20,000 nucleotides of DNA from an uncultured virus (IMG/VR IMGVR_UViG_3300023176_002901) (lineage: Duplodnaviria; Heunggongvirae; Uroviricota; Caudoviricetes; Crassvirales). The notes beneath the pieces are model-generated. The model saw only the letters and a program-made list of their open reading frames with translations, did no database searches and was not told where the DNA came from. Position 1 is the stretch's first letter. Each line of letters opens with the position of its first letter. A program made the translations under genes and the position numbers. Location: IMG/VR virus record IMGVR_UViG_3300023176_002901. One strand, given 5' to 3'. Positions 15,627 to 20,000 of the stretch are shown piece after piece.

Positions 15627-17300
15627 TCAGAGAGTTGTTAGTGTAATTGCGTCAGTGTCACTTATTTCTGTTGGGAAAATTAAAAATTTATTTATACTCT
15701 TTCGGAAATCAGCATTATATCCTATATACTCTAAATTTGAAGTAAATGTCAAAGAATCGCTGAACACTTGCGTTCCGTTTACATAAGCCTTTGCAGTTGT
15801 CCCGTTCCATTTTATTAGCATCTTATATTGGTTTAAAGTATTATTTGAATAAATACCATTAAAAACGCTATTTGACCTATACGCAAAACGAACACTTCCA
15901 TCAATATCGCTTGCCACTTCAATAGAATTAACAGATGGAAAGCTCGTATTGCTTCTATAATATAAGCCATCCGTTGATGCGTCTCTTGCTGTAGCTGTTG
16001 TTAATCCTCGCTCAAACTCAAGAAAAAAAGTACCAGAAGACAAAGTTGAAATACCAGATACTTCTTTATCCATAACATCAGCTCCCCTTGTTACAGCAGC
16101 ACCATAGGTTGGGATGTAGGAGGTGGCGTAGGTTACATTGTCCTCACATTGTGCTCCATAAATATAAAATGCAGGCTGACCATTTCCAACGTGATTACCA
16201 CTACCGCCGTCCGACGAAGCAATGCCTAAATAGATTCCTCCAGTAGTTGAAGTTGGATTGTGATAAATACATCTATACCAACCGTTTCCGCAATCTTCAA
16301 TAGATGTAACAACCGAACCTTGTGCCCCCCCTACAACTCCGTTCACAATGTCAAACCAAGCCGTTGGACCATTATCAATGGTGAACCACCTATTTGCAGT
16401 TCCGCCAGCCCATTTAGCATAAACACTATACACTTTATTAGAAGATGAAGCAGAAGCTCCAGTGTTAATTCTGTGGTAATTAGTGCTTGTGTCTTCTGTA
16501 TATAGATATGCATTTTCAACCCCTTGTGGAGATACTTCGGCATTTGCCGTTAAAGTACCACCAGATAAGCTCCACGCACCAAAGTATTCACTATATGCAA
16601 GCCCATTCGTCCGTTGTGGCTCCAACAGCAAAGAACCTGTACGCGGAAGGACAGGGTCAAAGTTTATACGGGGAACATTAGCTACTGGTCCTACGCTTAC
16701 TGCTGCTGTAGTGGTCTCAATGTAGTCAGTTGCTACAGTTCCTGCCTCTACTTGGAAACCCCATATCAATGCTTCGTCACCTATTATAGCTGGGTCTGGA
16801 ACTTCAACTCCACAAATTGTTGCACCTGATATTGTTGTTGTTACAGAAACTCGTTGCCAATTAGATGTTAGTGCAATAGTTGTTGGAATAGCTCCAATAC
16901 GAACCTGTGCATTCTTACCTATTGAAGAACCTATGCCCTTCATATAGCACGAAGCCGTTATAACTCCATTAAATGAGATTGATTGATAAATGTAAGGGTC
17001 AATATTAGTAGCTGTAACTTTAGTTGCGGTATTTGTTCCATCTGGCGCAGTTTCAGCATTTGCCGTATATGTTCCGTTTCTTGGAACCCAAGTGCCAATT
17101 TGGCTAAAGTCTTGGCTATATAGTGCAAGATTCGTCCGTACCTTCTCAATGTATCCATTAGGACCCACCCTCGTTGCCGTATCGTTACTACGAGTAAAGG
17201 TCAAGTCAGCACTACCCCCCGCTGGTTTGCTGGTAAAGACAGTACCTGCCTCCACCCCAGAGGGAATCATTACTAATGATGCATCAGATAAATAACTCAT
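15627..17300 (-). CDS. Spike/fibre protein with repeated beta-sandwich domains, paralogue 2
   Basis: 557 aa; FTRS...ATRV, RTNL..YS, NGWYRC, LLLEPQRTN, ATSYIPT..AAVTR motifs; C-terminal LamG/ConA-like domain (YVNGTQ). Confidence 0.75.
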   Translation of the reverse strand: MSYLSDASLVMIPSGVEAGTVFTSKPAGGSADLTFTRSNDTATRVGPNGYIEKVRTNLALYSQDFSQIGTWVPRNGTYTANAETAPDGTNTATKVTATNIDPYIYQSISFNGVITASCYMKGIGSSIGKNAQVRIGAIPTTIALTSNWQRVSVTTTISGATICGVEVPDPAIIGDEALIWGFQVEAGTVATDYIETTTAAVSVGPVANVPRINFDPVLPRTGSLLLEPQRTNGLAYSEYFGAWSLSGGTLTANAEVSPQGVENAYLYTEDTSTNYHRINTGASASSSNKVYSVYAKWAGGTANRWFTIDNGPTAWFDIVNGVVGGAQGSVVTSIEDCGNGWYRCIYHNPTSTTGGIYLGIASSDGGSGNHVGNGQPAFYIYGAQCEDNVTYATSYIPTYGAAVTRGADVMDKEVSGISTLSSGTFFLEFERGLTTATARDASTDGLYYRSNTSFPSVNSIEVASDIDGSVRFAYRSNSVFNGIYSNNTLNQYKMLIKWNGTTAKAYVNGTQVFSDSLTFTSNLEYIGYNADFRKSINKFLIFPTEISDTDAITLTTL

Positions 17301-18955
17301 CAGAGTGTGGTTAAGAGTGAGAGGTCTGCGTTGGAAAGGCGGGTCTGGAATAGGAGGGCTTGCTTAAAGTATTGCGAGTACTCATACCCAGTAACCGTGT
17401 AACTATTTAGTTTAATTTGCGACATTGAAGATGGGATTGCACCGCTTGTATCCGTTCCTTCTTGCGCTCCGTTTACATACAAAACAAAATCGTTTTCTTT
17501 ATAAGCAAATGCTACTTTTAAAGTGGCCCCAGTTTCGTAAATAGATGAACTATCAAAATTCACTTGTGTTGCGCCATTGTACACAAAAGCGTTTACTCTA
17601 CCCGAAGAAGTTAAAATAAGTTCCATAAAATTGGTACCCGAACCCAATAAGGCAAATCTTCCCCCTCTTCGTGCCTCTACCTCTACAAACACAGTCCCTT
17701 CCGTCTGCCCAATCAAAGAAGAAACGCCCGTTTTGTACGCCTCATCAACCCCCCGTGTCACCGCAGCCGAAAGGGTGGGGATGTACGAGGTGGCGTAGGC
17801 TCCGACCTCCGCTTGCAATCCCCAAATCGTCCGAACTGAACCAGCAACGGCATCTAATGTTGTACCATTAGCAGACAATGTAGCATAATATCCAACCGAA
17901 CACAAAGTATTAGAACCCGTATCCGTAGCCGTTGAGCATATGCGCCAATATGTCCCGTAATCCTCTACTTTGGTGGTAGCGGTCAAAGTACTATCAGCAT
18001 AAGTTACCGTTCCATTTACGGCATCTACAATTCCATATACGAGTTTGTAAGTGCCTCCTTGAAAATACATTGTGAATCCACCGTAAGCCGTTTCGCTCGT
18101 TTCTTTCTTTACAAACACGGAAATTGTAAGCGTTGAATTTGCAGAAAGAGAAATGTTTTGGGTTACTGTTTTATATGTACCCGCAACGGTAGATTGAATA
18201 CCATCAGCACCTCCATAGCCATCGGGGGCCGTTGCGATGTTTGTGGTAATAGTTGGCGAACCACCTTTTGACCAAGCCGCGTTGTCTATTGATTCGCTGA
18301 ATTTCAAGAGGTTCGTCCGTTGTGGCTCAAGCAAAAGAGAAGGGCTATTAGCCCCTCCCGAATAGTCAAGGCGAGGGATGTTAGCAAGAGGTCCTACAGA
18401 TACAGCAGAGGTGGTTGTTTCAATGTAGTCGGTAGGTACGCCCGTTTCCATCTGAGCGCCCCATACCAGTATGCCGTCGGTTCCGTTTGACGTAACAGTA
18501 ACTACGCTATCGGAATCGGTTGGATAAATGTGCATATACCCCGTACCTCCGTTGCCTAAATCGGTGAAACCAATACGCCACCATCCGTTACCCGCGTCGG
18601 TTGCAAATCTACCAGTAACATTTGCCCCGCTTCCGTTTGTGATTGCCCCAGTGGTTAGGTTTACCCACATTGCGGTACCACTGCCTCCGTTAAGTGTGTA
18701 AAGCGCCGCAAAATTTTTGCCCGCCGCTTTGACGTAAACGCTTTGCCCGTACTCGACGTTGATAGTAGTAATGATTGCTTGAATAGCGGCAACGATTGAG
18801 CCGTTAATCGACGGATACAAAAGGTCGGCGGTAGTTGTTCCGTCGGGCGCGGTTCCAGCGTTGGCACTTATGGTTGCCCCCGCTTGCAATGCCCAAGCGC
18901 TACCTTGATTTAATTGCTCGCTATACTTAAAGAGGTTCGTCCGCACCTTCTCAAT
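16111..18955. repeat. Four pairs of short direct repeats shared by the two spike paralogues
   Basis: 17131-17150/18936-18955 (19/20 identical), 16717-16727/18420-18430 (11/11), 16606-16622/18312-18328 (17/17), 16111-16132/17778-17799 (21/22). Confidence 0.85.
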
Positions 18956-19108
18956 AAACCCATCAGGGCCTACGCGGGTGGCAGTATCATTAGAACGTGA
19001 GAATGTTAAATCGGCCGATCCGTCATCAGGCACCGAGCTATATACCTTCTGGTCTTTGTAACCAGATGGAACCATAACAACCGATGCATCTTCATAGAAG
19101 TTACTCAT
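17300..19108 (-). CDS. Spike/fibre protein with repeated beta-sandwich domains, paralogue 1
   Basis: 602 aa with the same architecture as 15627-17300 (PRLDY, LLLEPQRTNL, NGWWRI, ATSYIPT, LYVNGAQ); TGATG-coupled to it. Confidence 0.75.
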   Translation of the reverse strand: MSNFYEDASVVMVPSGYKDQKVYSSVPDDGSADLTFSRSNDTATRVGPDGFIEKVRTNLFKYSEQLNQGSAWALQAGATISANAGTAPDGTTTADLLYPSINGSIVAAIQAIITTINVEYGQSVYVKAAGKNFAALYTLNGGSGTAMWVNLTTGAITNGSGANVTGRFATDAGNGWWRIGFTDLGNGGTGYMHIYPTDSDSVVTVTSNGTDGILVWGAQMETGVPTDYIETTTSAVSVGPLANIPRLDYSGGANSPSLLLEPQRTNLLKFSESIDNAAWSKGGSPTITTNIATAPDGYGGADGIQSTVAGTYKTVTQNISLSANSTLTISVFVKKETSETAYGGFTMYFQGGTYKLVYGIVDAVNGTVTYADSTLTATTKVEDYGTYWRICSTATDTGSNTLCSVGYYATLSANGTTLDAVAGSVRTIWGLQAEVGAYATSYIPTLSAAVTRGVDEAYKTGVSSLIGQTEGTVFVEVEARRGGRFALLGSGTNFMELILTSSGRVNAFVYNGATQVNFDSSSIYETGATLKVAFAYKENDFVLYVNGAQEGTDTSGAIPSSMSQIKLNSYTVTGYEYSQYFKQALLFQTRLSNADLSLLTTL

Positions 19109-19110
19109 CT

Positions 19111-20000
19111 TTATTCTGCCTTTAGAATTGTCACCGCACTTTCGTATCCAAGCAAGCCCTCAAACGTACCTCCGTCAGCAATGACGCGGTCGTAGTAGTC
19201 TTGTGTTTCAGGGAAGATGGCAATGGGCAACTTAACAACCAAGCCCCCTACTGAAACCGTTACATAGTCAGCAGCACCTACAAAGACACCACCCAGCCCT
19301 ACGTTACCAAGCTTCCAAGCAGAAGCAGTAGTTGTTTCGGGAGCAGCCGTTTGGATGTCTCCGCTTACAGTAAGCTTAGCCGTAGATGGGGCCTGACCAA
19401 TACCAACCGTAGTTCCGTCATCTTGAATCTGTGAGTCAGTGATGGTGTCCGTATCGCTCCACTTAGAGATGTAGTTAGCCGTACCTGTTCCGTCAACACC
19501 TGAAATCTCAGAAAGTGTAACCCAGTCAGTACCCGTGCCAGTAGACGATAAAATCTGACCTGATGTTCCAGCTGCGTTGTTAGAGTCGTAGATAGCGCCT
19601 GTGATTCGTGCGCTACCATCTATGTGTAACGTCTGAGTAGGCGAAGTCGTACCAATACCGACATTACCTTCTACAATCAATCCATCAGTAGGGGCAGTAT
19701 TACCAAAATACGAAGTACCAATGGATGCATTTCGCAATATTGATTTGTAAGAACTCCCTCCCTCTACTACAAGTGCAAATCCACCTGACGCACCGTCTAT
19801 GCGCAAACCCTCTCCACCTGTGGCTTGCTCTACCTCTAATTTAGCCGCAGGACTACTTGTACCAATGCCGACCTTACCAGAGTTGGCGAATGTCATAACA
19901 TCAAGACCTTGTCGTCCAATAGTCAAAGTTCCGCTTGAACCAATTGAGTCCAAATACCACATTCGGTTAGTGTAGGTTGGGTCGCTTGAATCAAAAGCGA
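19111..20000 (-). CDS. Tail fibre-like protein (5'-truncated by window edge)
   Basis: Frame stays open from 19962 to the window edge (AFDSSDPTYTNR-MWY...); GKVGIGTSSP, GNVGIGTTSP, GTSGQILSSTG and GTANYISKW fibre motifs. Confidence 0.8.
   Translation of the reverse strand, partial: AFDSSDPTYTNRMWYLDSIGSSGTLTIGRQGLDVMTFANSGKVGIGTSSPAAKLEVEQATGGEGLRIDGASGGFALVVEGGSSYKSILRNASIGTSYFGNTAPTDGLIVEGNVGIGTTSPTQTLHIDGSARITGAIYDSNNAAGTSGQILSSTGTGTDWVTLSEISGVDGTGTANYISKWSDTDTITDSQIQDDGTTVGIGQAPSTAKLTVSGDIQTAAPETTTASAWKLGNVGLGGVFVGAADYVTVSVGGLVVKLPIAIFPETQDYYDRVIADGGTFEGLLGYESAVTILKAE

Noticed and set aside
15627..19108. Diversity-generating retroelement or invertible shufflon
   Set aside because: No reverse transcriptase or invertase in the window, no ~100-bp template/variable repeat pair with adenine-specific mismatches, and repeats are short and direct.
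1640..19619. Remaining plus-strand and alternate-frame ORFs in the track (e.g. 12402-12920, 6546-6845, 10142-10414)
   Set aside because: All lie within better-supported minus-strand genes that tile the window with coupled starts and stops.
1..20000. tRNA, rRNA, CRISPR array, integrase or IS element
   Set aside because: Intergenic gaps are all under about 75 nt and are explained by promoters and terminators; no regularly spaced repeats or recombinase/transposase motifs seen.

Overview
A 20-kb stretch of a tailed dsDNA phage genome covering the virion and lysis modules, with all credible genes on the minus strand. In transcription order (right to left): a cluster of fibre/spike-like genes with small partner genes (20000-11888); a stand-alone coiled-coil gene; a fully translationally coupled six-gene lysis cassette (holin-like, single-TM protein, Cys-free thioredoxin-fold protein, 44-aa basic peptide, M15 peptidase endolysin, u-spanin-like lipoprotein); a structural fibre gene, two small genes and a tandem GroES-like protein; then terminase small and large subunits, portal, scaffold-like protein, major capsid protein, a terminator and the start of the next gene. 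TAnnTTTG promoter boxes and A/T-rich, Shine-Dalgarno-free start regions point to a Bacteroidota host. The most unusual observations are: (1) a 33-aa ORF missed by the ORF track that resembles the free-standing C-terminal redox-shuttle tail of class I ribonucleotide reductase; (2) short DNA blocks conserved at nucleotide level exactly at the borders of variable domains in two tandem spike paralogues, suggesting cassette-style domain swapping; (3) a secreted, redox-dead thioredoxin fold inside the lysis cassette; (4) near-total GATC avoidance. All product calls come from motif reading and gene order; no searches were run.
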